Assembly (NCBI GenBank): GCA_044226015.1
Contig: JBGAHS010000011.1
Location: forward strand, 32,001 to 96,000
Source of the DNA: Candidatus Obscuribacteraceae bacterium
Lineage (GTDB): Bacteria; Cyanobacteriota; Vampirovibrionia; Obscuribacterales; Obscuribacteraceae
Reading direction: 5' to 3'
DNA length: 64,000 nt
A program made the position numbers and the translations under genes. Positions within the stretch are counted from its first letter, which is position 1. Each line of letters begins with the position of its first letter. Shown here in pieces: positions 21,912 through 31,398 of this stretch. A model generated the notes under the pieces. The model ran no database searches. It was not told the origin of the DNA and saw only the letters and a list, made by a program, of their open reading frames with translations.

Positions 21912-22811
21912 TTACTTCTTCGGCGGGAGGTAAGCACGGAAGTATTTCTCTTCCTTGTAGCGGCCAAAACGATCATCTAAACCTTCTTTACGCCATGTTC
22001 CACCATAATTGTCGTAGACCATTCGTTTGCCATTTTCGATACCGCCTACGATACCAACATGGCGCGTTGTCGTACCGGGATTTTGTCCCTCGATAATGTC
22101 GCCTTCTTTGACTTCACTGGCGTTTATTTCTTTCATCAATCTCTTCGAAGGGTCAGAACTATTCAGCCCCATGGCTTTGTTCATCTCAGTCATGTTTACC
22201 TGATAGAGTTCTTTATAGGCACTATCTTCGGTGCTATTAATTCGCCCGGACATTTTCAATGTTTCTCGATAACGATTACTAAACGAGGAGACACATCCCA
22301 GTTCTGGTGGGGGAACCGGCAACATGGACTTAGCCCACTTAGGCAGTTTATAGATGGACTGATTTACTACTGCGTCGGCGGATTTCAGCAAAAGCGCGTT
22401 GGCTTCTTCTAGTTCTTCTGGATTGTCTTTAGCTTTTTCGCCAGCATCTTTAACTTCTCCGTTCTTCAGATCACCCGGTTTTGATTCGCCAGACTTCCCA
22501 TCGGATTTGGGATCCTCATGCTTGTCATTTCCCTTGGGATCTGGTTTTGCATCACGTGAATTCTGGTCCACCTTCGAGTCAGCAGATGGCTTTGAATCAG
22601 CTTTTGCAGGCTCATCGGATTTTGCATCCTTCTTGTTATCGAGACCTTCAATAGTAAGATTTGTGAGCTGCGTGCCTTTAAGTTCGGCATTTCGGGGCTC
22701 AACTTTCGAATTGCTCTGCCACTGCTCTGCGGAAAGCTCAGCAGCAGAATTGCGGCCTTTATCACCTTCAGCAGCGACTTTATCGCTTGTATGTTTATTT
22801 TCCAGACCCAT
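21912..22811 (-). CDS. NlpC/P60- or CHAP-like cysteine hydrolase domain protein with disordered N-terminus
   Basis: LGCVSSF ... EGDII ... RHVGIV ... VYDN Cys/His pattern; GGAGGA places the start at 22811 (or 22820), not 23093. Confidence 0.6.
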   Translation of the reverse strand: MGLENKHTSDKVAAEGDKGRNSAAELSAEQWQSNSKVEPRNAELKGTQLTNLTIEGLDNKKDAKSDEPAKADSKPSADSKVDQNSRDAKPDPKGNDKHEDPKSDGKSGESKPGDLKNGEVKDAGEKAKDNPEELEEANALLLKSADAVVNQSIYKLPKWAKSMLPVPPPELGCVSSFSNRYRETLKMSGRINSTEDSAYKELYQVNMTEMNKAMGLNSSDPSKRLMKEINASEVKEGDIIEGQNPGTTTRHVGIVGGIENGKRMVYDNYGGTWRKEGLDDRFGRYKEEKYFRAYLPPKK

Positions 22812-22929
22812 TGCGTACATTCCTCCGACCTTATTATTGTATTTTTTTAAGGAAGGCTGAAAAATGTGTAAGTGTGCAGTTCTTCGCCCCAATCTTCCTC
22901 TATAAGGACACGGATTCCCTGCAAAGCAA

Positions 22930-22958
22930 TTGACAGACATACATTTGTATGGTATATT
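22930..22958 (+). promoter_or_regulatory. Near-consensus sigma70 promoter with a palindromic operator in the spacer
   Basis: TTGACA-N17-TATATT; CATACA-TT-TGTATG at 22938-22951. Confidence 0.7.
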
Positions 22959-22963
22959 ATATG

Positions 22964-23210
22964 TGATCGCTCTGGCTGAACTAAGCGTAGCGATCAATTC
23001 TGGGTCAGGCAAAAGCGGATCTGGAAGCGGGAGCCGGCGTGTATCGCGAAAGCGATGCTTGTCCGGGGATGGCAGCCCCCTCTCGCGTTCCATAGGGTCC
23101 GCTAGAAGAGCAGGCTAATTTCCGGCCGGCCGGCTGAAATGTAGAAATCGAAGTTGCACCCGGAAAGCGAGAGCGCAGCGATAGCGCATGGAGATATCTA
23201 GCGCTGGGCG
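22964..23210 (+). ncRNA. Putative structured non-coding RNA, family unidentified
   Basis: GC-rich intergenic stretch just after the promoter; nested stems with G-U pairs and GAAA/GAUA tetraloops. Confidence 0.55.
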
Positions 23211-23287
23211 ATTCACCGATAGCAAAAACAATAAACACTTAGTCGCCGGCAAAGCTGCTGAATTAACGAGAGCACCAAGCAGGTGAA

Positions 23288-25777
23288 CTAGGAAACGAAT
23301 CTGCCGCTGGCTCTGTCGAATTTCTTAGCATCAGATGGAAGAGCGACGCGATTTCCAGACTCATCCACGAGCACAGAGAACTGATCCGTAGACGCTGCTG
23401 CATCAGTAGAAGCTTCTGGCTTGTAAAGCTTCTTCTTAATCGTTAGTGAGACCAATTTGCCGTTTTCATAACGAGCTGAATTAACATCGTTTGAACTTGG
23501 ATAACGGTAAACTTGCGTCTCATTTCCGCTTTCAGTTGTAACACCGGTAGCATCAATGCGAACAGTTAGACCTGCCTTGTCATTGCGTCCAGTCAAAACC
23601 ATTTCGCCATCAGGACCGAGATTTGAAGCAGCGGCCCAACTGTTAGCGTCGTAAGTGACACCATCAGCTCCCAATATGCCGTTTTCAATTTGGGTCCAAG
23701 CTAGCTGACCTGGATTTGCCGAAACACCCATGTACTTGCCTTCGGCATTGCTTACACGCCAGTATTTGTCTCCACCGGCTTTAACACTTGTACTTCCGTT
23801 TCTCGGATTGTATACGGTCTGAAGTTCCTTTCCATCGGTACCCTTGGTCACTGCCAGTACTGAACTATCATCTAATACCTTCAGTTCTGATACGCCATTT
23901 TCACCAACCTTCAGGGTGCTTAGAGCGCCATCTTTGCCAGGAATCTGTACAGCCTTAGCGACTGGTTTCGGAGGATTGCTACCATCGCTGCCAATGCTAG
24001 CGACAACGCCATTCGGCAAGTAATAGTCACGCAGTCCAGTTGATGTCTTGTCTTGAATGACTGAACCATCCGTCAGAATTTCTACTTTACCTTCAGTGGA
24101 ATTCAGGGTGATGTCTCTTCCTGCGCGGTTGAACCTGAAGGTAGATTCTTTTGTTGCTTTATCGAAAGTCTCGATTACATTACCTGCGTGCTCTGACACC
24201 ATGGTGCTTCCCAAGTCGCGGTAACGGTCTTGTCCAGGTGACTCGTATGTCACATAGGTCTTACCTGGACCACCACTAGTTTCCATGCGAACGGTACCAT
24301 CTGCGGTGACGTTCAAGTTCATGCGCATTACATTGCCGGTGGAGTCAACGAATGTGTTGTAATCAATCGTGTCTTCTATGCTTCTTGGTGGGAGGTCAGA
24401 TGGAGAGCCAGGAGAATTGAGCCCGTGGCTTGAGCGCCAGCGTTCCATACCCGGATAAAGCTCGCGGCCCTGACGAGTCATGACTTGAGTTACTTGATTG
24501 CCTGTTTGATCAGCGTAGGTATGTTGAGCTCGATAAATGTCGCCATTTACGTCTCTCTGGAATTGCCAGGTTCCACGAGGACCAGTGATGCTGGTGACAT
24601 AACCATCTGGATCTTTCTCGACTACGGTGTTGTCTTGACGGTAGGTGGTCATCGATCCATCAGAATGCTGGACAGCTGTGATCGGTTCACCTGGTCGTGG
24701 TTCCTTGTATGTGTAGGTCACATCGCCTGGTCTGGGTTTGTCATTTTCGGTTTGAGTAGCCTGAACGTAGTCAGCACCATTAAAGTACGTGGTGTCTCGT
24801 TGTTCAGGCGGTCCTGGATTTATTCTTACTCTGGAATTAGTGCGAAAATCGCAATCATATTGAATTCCCTGGTTGAACTGAATGCTTGCTTTGTCGACGC
24901 CGCTGCCTAGTTCACGCTTCATGAAGTCTGGCTTTGCTGCATCAGCCGGAACGAACTTGATGCGACCATCAGCCTGGACTTCACCATTGCGATACTCATA
25001 GCCATCCCAATAATCAGACTTAACCTGACCATCTGGACTCATGACGGTGCGCTTCCATGTTCCCAGGTCTACAGCTTGAACAGTGCCATCTGCTCTGCGA
25101 AGATACTCAACACGGTCTGGTCCTTTGCTAGGAACATATTTGATGTCGCCGTTAGCGCGGAAATTCAGGTCACCTTGAACCGATCCATCTGGATTGATGC
25201 GAACTGGAATTCCTTCGAAATTTATTTTGCCATCTTGCGGCATATATTTCCCTGTGGCGCTCATGACCTTCAGGGCGCCATTTGCATCTCTGGCTAGTTC
25301 GATGCTTCCAGATCCATCAGGACTGTTGTAAGCGATTTTTTCAGCACGACCGTCCAGCCTGGTGGACAGTTGATAGTCGTTGCTTCCCAGGCGGAAAGCC
25401 TGCTGCATGATGGAATCGATCACAGGAGCAACGATTTGTTCTGCAACCGGTGCTGGAGGAATAACTTGATCTAGAACCGGACCAATTTGTGTGCGATTGC
25501 CCAGCAAACGAGCAACATTGTCCATCGCATTTATAGCGACGGAGTCGGCTAAGTTTGGTGCTGGACGAAACGGATTTGCATGACCATCGATAACCAATGG
25601 AGCAAGTTGATACTCTCCCGCTGTGCGCTCGACAGTGGTCTTAGCAGGGTCTGTCGTTGAGCGGACATCGCTCAAGAACTGCTCGTTCAAACTTGCATTT
25701 TCTTGCCTTGTGTCGCGAGCATCATCAGTGGTCTTCGCGACTTCTTGCTTTAAAGATTTTTGTTCTGTTCCAGCCAT
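23288..25777 (-). CDS. Large beta-hairpin-repeat hypothetical protein
   Basis: 829 aa, many xDG/NG turns, no Sec signal. Confidence 0.7.
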   Translation of the reverse strand: MAGTEQKSLKQEVAKTTDDARDTRQENASLNEQFLSDVRSTTDPAKTTVERTAGEYQLAPLVIDGHANPFRPAPNLADSVAINAMDNVARLLGNRTQIGPVLDQVIPPAPVAEQIVAPVIDSIMQQAFRLGSNDYQLSTRLDGRAEKIAYNSPDGSGSIELARDANGALKVMSATGKYMPQDGKINFEGIPVRINPDGSVQGDLNFRANGDIKYVPSKGPDRVEYLRRADGTVQAVDLGTWKRTVMSPDGQVKSDYWDGYEYRNGEVQADGRIKFVPADAAKPDFMKRELGSGVDKASIQFNQGIQYDCDFRTNSRVRINPGPPEQRDTTYFNGADYVQATQTENDKPRPGDVTYTYKEPRPGEPITAVQHSDGSMTTYRQDNTVVEKDPDGYVTSITGPRGTWQFQRDVNGDIYRAQHTYADQTGNQVTQVMTRQGRELYPGMERWRSSHGLNSPGSPSDLPPRSIEDTIDYNTFVDSTGNVMRMNLNVTADGTVRMETSGGPGKTYVTYESPGQDRYRDLGSTMVSEHAGNVIETFDKATKESTFRFNRAGRDITLNSTEGKVEILTDGSVIQDKTSTGLRDYYLPNGVVASIGSDGSNPPKPVAKAVQIPGKDGALSTLKVGENGVSELKVLDDSSVLAVTKGTDGKELQTVYNPRNGSTSVKAGGDKYWRVSNAEGKYMGVSANPGQLAWTQIENGILGADGVTYDANSWAAASNLGPDGEMVLTGRNDKAGLTVRIDATGVTTESGNETQVYRYPSSNDVNSARYENGKLVSLTIKKKLYKPEASTDAAASTDQFSVLVDESGNRVALPSDAKKFDRASGRFVS

Positions 25778-26071
25778 CTAATCGATTTCACCGCTTCAGC
25801 AATTGAGAAACTCAGTTGCTATAACCAACCCCGACCAAACGTTCCAGCTCGTTTGGATGATCCGTCCGTTCTGATTAACCCAGGCACCGAAATTACAAAC
25901 ATCAGGCGGTTCAGATCATGTATAGAGAATCCTTGATATTGGGGGGTGGGTCAATGGGAATTCCACGCAAACAGACCCATTTTCGCACACGATAGTCTAC
26001 ACACATACATGTTTAGTTAGTTAAAATTTAGCGAAAAGACACCTTTGGCTGAATCGCTAGAAATATCAGGC

Positions 26072-26203
26072 AAAATTTGACACCCAGCAGGATCCGAAAA
26101 AAAAGAAGCGCGCAAAGTTTGATACTCCTCCGTCAGAACTTCCCGCGCAAAGTTTGTCCCCAGCAGGATCCGTCAATAAATCCCCAGGAAAATTTGACAC
26201 TCC
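26072..26203. repeat. Four imperfect AAA(A/G)TTTG(A/T)(C/T) direct repeats
   Basis: Copies at 26072, 26114, 26149, 26189; CCCAGCAGGATCCG and GCGCAAAGTTTG each occur twice. Confidence 0.55.
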
Positions 26204-26292
26204 GCGGAATCTGCCTAATAACGGAACAGAAACATGGTCAAAACCAAAAACCGTTCAGGTATCAAAGACACAAGTCAAGAAAGCTAAATGTA

Positions 26293-27174
26293 TTATTTTT
26301 TGGCGGTGTTGGAAGGTTCACTGGAGCTCAAAACGTCACCTAGATTCACCAGCGTTTTCTGGTCGGCGATTACGACTTTGACCTCAGGGGCGAGTTTTTG
26401 AACATACTCATAGCGAACAAGTGTAGGATTCTCGCGAAGTGCCTGACCCCTGCGACGCATAGCTTCAGCTTCACCCGTTGCAGCGATGATCTTTCTGTTC
26501 TTCTCAGCTTCTTCCTTTAGCAGAACATACTTCATGCGTTCGGCATCTTGCAGTGCGACCTGTTTTTGCTCTATGGCTTTGGCAAACTCATCGGAGAATC
26601 CGACATTGCGCACCAGCACCTCATCGAGAACGATGTGATACTTTTCCATATCAGCTTGAAGTTGATCTCGCATCTGACCCTGAATTTTTTCACGATTAGA
26701 AGAATAAAGTTCAGTCACAGTGTACTTAGCGACAGCATTACGCACAGTTGTTTGAGATTGAGGACGAATTATCTTTTCCAGGTAATTAGGTCCCACAAGT
26801 TGATGCACTTGCCAAACTTTGTCAGGGTCCAGATGATACCTGATTGAAATGTCCAGCTTAACAGTCTGACCGTCAGAACTTAAAGCATAAATGGCGTCAT
26901 CACCGGCTTTATCACCTTCATCCTGATAGCCAGACATGGTGTAGGTTTGTGTTCGCACATCATACTGAGTTGCTGACTCAACGAAGGGAACGATCATGTG
27001 CATTCCCTCGGAAAGATTGTGCGTTTCAACACCGTTGAACATATTGAATATAGCCGCTCTGTGACCAGCAGGAACAGTAACAAACGTTCCTACTGTTACA
27101 GCTATTAATCCACCAACCAACACTACAGCGAGCACTGAAGAACCAGTGCTGAATACAGTTTTAAGCAATGACAT
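26293..27174 (-). CDS. Prohibitin/SPFH family membrane protein
   Basis: N-terminal TM, VPAGHRA, FSDEFAKAIEQKQVA, GEAEA. Confidence 0.9.
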   Translation of the reverse strand: MSLLKTVFSTGSSVLAVVLVGGLIAVTVGTFVTVPAGHRAAIFNMFNGVETHNLSEGMHMIVPFVESATQYDVRTQTYTMSGYQDEGDKAGDDAIYALSSDGQTVKLDISIRYHLDPDKVWQVHQLVGPNYLEKIIRPQSQTTVRNAVAKYTVTELYSSNREKIQGQMRDQLQADMEKYHIVLDEVLVRNVGFSDEFAKAIEQKQVALQDAERMKYVLLKEEAEKNRKIIAATGEAEAMRRRGQALRENPTLVRYEYVQKLAPEVKVVIADQKTLVNLGDVLSSSEPSNTAKK

Positions 27175-27463
27175 GAGACATCACCTTTCAATATTTTATT
27201 TAATGGGAGACAGGAGCCCGTCGCTATACGACGGACAAATCAAATTCAAATTTCGGAATCATTTGGTCGTCTTTAGAGCCACGACCGCAGCTCAACTTCC
27301 TCGATTGTTGTCTATCATAGCACTGAACTAGAAGCATGGTTACAGTCTTAATAATTAAGCGTAAGATTAGCCCAGATAAGAAGGACATACATATATAGTA
27401 TTGCTTTCGCGGGACTCTACGACAGTTTACAGCTCCTCAAACAGGACTCATTAAGCACCATAT

Positions 27464-27880
27464 ATGATACCAGCGCAGATTAAAGTAAATAAGCTAGCAG
27501 TGTTCTTGACCTTACTTGCCATTGCAATAGTAGTATCTATCTCCAATTGGGCTTTCAGCGAAATTATGGTTTGCCCATTCAATGCTCTCAAAGAATACTC
27601 ACTCGAAGAAACAGCTCATGAAGCGCCTCAGACAATGCATCTGCGAGCATTAATCGATGGCAGCGTAGGATGCGACAGAGTTACAACTGAATTAGCAGGA
27701 CAAGATAACATGCTATTGAAAGTTCACTGTTTCCCAGGTAAATCAAACCAAATCGACTATAGCTTCGACATTCCAGCTAGTGTCAACAAACTGTACTATG
27801 GCTACGAGAACCATGTAATGTGGACAAGGAAAAATGGCATAGCCGACCCCGTTTCGAGTTACTGGAAAAACAAAAACTGA
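27464..27880 (+). CDS. Membrane-anchored or exported hypothetical protein
   Basis: N-terminal hydrophobic helix, 138 aa. Confidence 0.55.
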   Translation: MIPAQIKVNKLAVFLTLLAIAIVVSISNWAFSEIMVCPFNALKEYSLEETAHEAPQTMHLRALIDGSVGCDRVTTELAGQDNMLLKVHCFPGKSNQIDYSFDIPASVNKLYYGYENHVMWTRKNGIADPVSSYWKNKN

Positions 27881-28027
27881 AGAACTGACAATTTGGTTAC
27901 TTTTCAGAAAAGAAACTAGCTTAAGCTGTTTCGTAGGACCCGCAATTTCTAATTGACAAATATCGCAAGCACCATTAGTTTGAAGCAAGGACGGGACGGG
28001 CTGACAAAGACTCTTTGAGGAATTGTT

Positions 28028-29416
28028 ATGCCAGAAGATTTTGTTGCGCCAAAAGACGACACAAATAGCAGATGGGAAGCGCGTGAGGCACGAAATTCGA
28101 TCAGTGCGCTAGAGCTATCTCGCCTCGTCTATGACCTCGAAATGGGCAGAGGCAATCACAAGCGGACGGAGAATACAAAAGCTCCGAACGAACTTGAATT
28201 CGATCATTCGTCAGCGAAGCCTGCATCATCTTCGGAGTTCGACAAAGCAGCAAAACAGCTCAGCAAATCTGAACATTTGATACCAGCTGTGGGCGCTCAA
28301 GCAAGTTCTATTCCTGGCAGGCTGTTGAATGATTACAGAGAGCCACTTGGGGCTGCAGCAGGCGTATTATCAACTGGTGGAATAGCCGTAAGCATCGTCA
28401 GAATGAGCGAAAAATACATACCTTCTCCTACAGGCAGAATACTGCTGGGCGCGGGTACTGCACTCATGGCTGGAGGCTTGATTAACAATGAAGTCTCAGG
28501 AAGAGAAATGCTCGACCCTACGGGGTATGTCCATAACGCTGGTTTATCAGCAGCGACGTTTGCACTTGGTGCTGGTTCGTATAAAGCAGTTTCACGTCTG
28601 GAAATTGCTTCGACTCGTGGCACCACAGCTGGTGCAACAGACATGCTGGGAAGACAATTCTCCGTCAAAAATCATAGTGAATTGGTCGCAGCAACTGAGG
28701 CAATCTTTAAATCAATGCCAAAAGGTGCTGAGGGCGCTCAGTTTTCCCGTCTTGCTCCAGCAACTGAGGCTCTCTTATCGAAAGGCATTCCGATAAGCAG
28801 CCCAGCGCAACTTGAGTCAACCGTTGATCGATTGCTCAGAGGCGCTTTCCCAGTAAGCGCTGAAACAAGAGCCGCGGTCAGCACCTTGACACCAGCGGCG
28901 GAGTCAATGGCAGGCAGAGCACTATCTATTCACAAATCAGTCCAACTCACTGCAGCAACCGAGTCGTTGATTGGACGCTCAATTCCAATCAATGTAGAGA
29001 CCAGAAACGCAGTTGCTCAGCTATCTCTTGCCGGAGCGCCTGAACTTGCACCAGCAAGCAGAACCATAATAAAAGCAGCTATACCATTAAGCGTTGAAAC
29101 CAGAAACGCAGCTGCTCAGTTTACTCTGAGCAATGCAGCTCATTTGAGCCCGAATACAGAAGCTTTAGTTGCCGCAGCAATTCCTATCAATGTCGAAACA
29201 AGAGCCGCCCTTGCTAAACTTTCAGACACTAGTGTAACTGTTCTTAAATCTGCAATCGAAGCAGAGACAAAATTAGGCTCGGCGGAGGCAGCAGCAGCAA
29301 TGCAAGCGCCAAATGCACTTGCCAAAACACTAGCAGGTAAACCGCACTTCGAAAGCGAAATGGATCGGTTCAGAAAAGCTGTTTTCGGTGATTTAGACAA
29401 GTATCTGTCTCAGTAA
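28028..29416 (+). CDS. Hypothetical protein with Gly-rich TM-like helices and 33-aa repeats
   Basis: GAGG RBS; IP(I/L)(N/S)VETR repeats. Confidence 0.7.
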   Translation: MPEDFVAPKDDTNSRWEAREARNSISALELSRLVYDLEMGRGNHKRTENTKAPNELEFDHSSAKPASSSEFDKAAKQLSKSEHLIPAVGAQASSIPGRLLNDYREPLGAAAGVLSTGGIAVSIVRMSEKYIPSPTGRILLGAGTALMAGGLINNEVSGREMLDPTGYVHNAGLSAATFALGAGSYKAVSRLEIASTRGTTAGATDMLGRQFSVKNHSELVAATEAIFKSMPKGAEGAQFSRLAPATEALLSKGIPISSPAQLESTVDRLLRGAFPVSAETRAAVSTLTPAAESMAGRALSIHKSVQLTAATESLIGRSIPINVETRNAVAQLSLAGAPELAPASRTIIKAAIPLSVETRNAAAQFTLSNAAHLSPNTEALVAAAIPINVETRAALAKLSDTSVTVLKSAIEAETKLGSAEAAAAMQAPNALAKTLAGKPHFESEMDRFRKAVFGDLDKYLSQ

Positions 29417-29422
29417 ACACAA

Positions 29423-29450
29423 ACGCCACGCTTGCAACAAGTGTGGCGTT
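29423..29450. terminator. Hairpin between convergent genes
   Basis: AACGCCACGCTTG/CAAGTGTGGCGTT inverted repeat. Confidence 0.55.
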
Positions 29451-29478
29451 CATAGTTATTGCAGCAAGCTGTGAGAGC

Positions 29479-30309
29479 TTAACCGCTGACAGATAGTACC
29501 AGTTGTGGTGCTGGAATTCTGTGGTCAGCACGAATCGGAACAATCGCAGTGCCAACGACAAAGAACTCAATGACGTGTGAACTCCATCCGTAGTTGCCTT
29601 CGTAGATGTCTACACCAACAATTCCTTCAGCTTGTAAGGCTTCTGCTTCTGTCTGCATTCTTTCCATTGCCAGCTCACGCGCGTCATAGAGAGCTTGAGT
29701 GAAGTTGGTCATTTCAGTGTTAACACCGACTGTCTTGAACCATTGACCGAAAGTCTGGTGTGCAACGTGATAGACGCAGTTACCCATGACCATGCCTACT
29801 GGGCGATAGCCTGAACGCAAAAGTGTCCAGAAATCTTGACCCGAAAGATCGCTGGTAAACGGCAAGCCCTTAGCGGTCTTAAACGAATGGTCTCCCGCGC
29901 GATTTTTTACAGCTGTACCTATTGCTACAAATTCAGCCAGGTCGGAATTCCAATCCATATGTTTGACTTTGAGCCTGACCCCGACCACACCGTCAGCCCC
30001 GAGTTCCTGAGCTTCTTCTTCCATTCTGGACATTGCAAGTTCTCTGGCATGATACAGAGCCTGCGTCAAAACACTCATTTCTTCGTTTTTGGTCCAACGG
30101 GCAGATTGATAGCCAATATGATAAATCGATGAACCAACAACCATTCCGACAGGGTCGAAACCAGCTTCTTTCACTAGAAGAAACTCGTTTACGGAAAGGT
30201 CACTCGTAAACAAGGCCCGGTGACCTCCCTTTCCTTGCATCCACTGCAAGCGTTCCTTTGCGTGGTCAGGCAAATCTGCATGCTGATTGGGATCATTAGG
30301 ATTGGGCAT
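29479..30309 (-). CDS. Tandem YbjQ-like (UPF0145, heavy-metal-binding-type) domain protein
   Basis: Two FTSDLS...ARELAMxRMxxEA..LxAxG(V/I)VGV units. Confidence 0.8.
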   Translation of the reverse strand: MPNPNDPNQHADLPDHAKERLQWMQGKGGHRALFTSDLSVNEFLLVKEAGFDPVGMVVGSSIYHIGYQSARWTKNEEMSVLTQALYHARELAMSRMEEEAQELGADGVVGVRLKVKHMDWNSDLAEFVAIGTAVKNRAGDHSFKTAKGLPFTSDLSGQDFWTLLRSGYRPVGMVMGNCVYHVAHQTFGQWFKTVGVNTEMTNFTQALYDARELAMERMQTEAEALQAEGIVGVDIYEGNYGWSSHVIEFFVVGTAIVPIRADHRIPAPQLVLSVSG

Positions 30310-30365
30310 TGGTTTTCTCCTGCTTACTTTTTGGGCGGATACCTTTTATGGTTATGGAACCTGGC

Positions 30366-31394
30366 TTACTCATCGTCTTCACCAACTAGATTTCTGTCGG
30401 CCGCATCCCAATAATTGTTTTCGTACTCAGCAGTTGATCCTAACTGCCTGTACGATTTGCTAGCGAGGTCTAAGCACACCAGTGGTGCCGTATGATTTGG
30501 CTCGCGATTCGGATGAGCCGAAACTGCGGTTCCAATCATCACGTAATTCAAAAGCATGTCTGTATAACGAACGTCGTTTATTTCATATTCGACGAATTCC
30601 CTGCCAGGGTCTACGCTAACACCCACAGCTCCGTCTGCACTTAGGCGAGCAAGTTCTTGCTGCATCCTCGTGTTTGCGGATCTTGCTGCGTTTCGGTAGC
30701 CTTCAGTGAAAGAATACACTTCCTGATTTGGCGCAAACCAACCGTAAATTTGATTGCGCGTATTGGGATCCATGTGAATGTAGTATGCACAATTTCCCAT
30801 GACTACAGATCTCGGCAAATAGCCATCTTTATACAACTGCCAAAATTCCTGTCCGTTTAAGGCACTCGTAAAGGGTTCTTCCCCATCAGGCCAGTCAGGA
30901 ATTTTTATGGCAGTACCAAATGCGGTGAATTCTGTGACGTTAGAACTCCACTCATGGCGGCGCTTCTGCACCCTCACGCCAATTACACCTGATGCACCGA
31001 GAAGCGCGGACTCTTGCCTCATTCGATCAACCGCCGTTGAACGTGCATCTGACATTGCCAGTGTCACTGCACTAAGCTCGCCAGTCCATCTCTGATAGCT
31101 GGAAAAATTACCCCAAAAACTAATCTTGAAAAACGATGTACCCATCACTTGACCAAGAGTCTGAAAACCAGCCTGCTTGGTCAACAAAAATTCTGGGGTA
31201 CTCAAATCACTGGAAAAGAAATTACGTCCGAGGTCTCTTTCTTTCAGCAGTCTTTCGCGCGCTATAGGAGGGATTTCACCGCGTTCAAGAGCTGCGATAC
31301 ACTCTGCTTGACGCAGCTTTTCATTTTCCTGACGAGCCTTAAGCTCTTGCTTTGCTCGTTTCTCTTCTTCACTTTCTTTTCGCCAAAATGGCAT
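30366..31394 (-). CDS. Tandem YbjQ-like domain protein, paralog
   Basis: FSSDLS/FTSALN, LLGASGVIGV, LSADGAVGV; start reset to MPFWRK. Confidence 0.75.
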   Translation of the reverse strand: MPFWRKESEEEKRAKQELKARQENEKLRQAECIAALERGEIPPIARERLLKERDLGRNFFSSDLSTPEFLLTKQAGFQTLGQVMGTSFFKISFWGNFSSYQRWTGELSAVTLAMSDARSTAVDRMRQESALLGASGVIGVRVQKRRHEWSSNVTEFTAFGTAIKIPDWPDGEEPFTSALNGQEFWQLYKDGYLPRSVVMGNCAYYIHMDPNTRNQIYGWFAPNQEVYSFTEGYRNAARSANTRMQQELARLSADGAVGVSVDPGREFVEYEINDVRYTDMLLNYVMIGTAVSAHPNREPNHTAPLVCLDLASKSYRQLGSTAEYENNYWDAADRNLVGEDDE

Positions 31395-31398
31395 GATT

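Noticed and set aside
22964..23070. glmS ribozyme (GAACTAAGCG), SRP (GGTCAGG) or group II intron domain V (GAGCCG...GAAA) identity
   Set aside because: Only fragments match: no GACGAGG core, no GGAAGGAAGCAGC helix, no AC bulge/GGTTC closure and no reverse transcriptase nearby
22812..23093. N-terminal 94 aa of the 393-aa ORF and small ORFs at 22930-23238
   Set aside because: A GGAGGA site supports a start at 22811/22820. The extension overlaps the promoter and structured region, and the + ORF begins on the -35 TTG
26072..26203. CRISPR array
   Set aside because: Repeat cores are only ~12 nt, degenerate and irregularly spaced; the spacers share sequence; no cas genes
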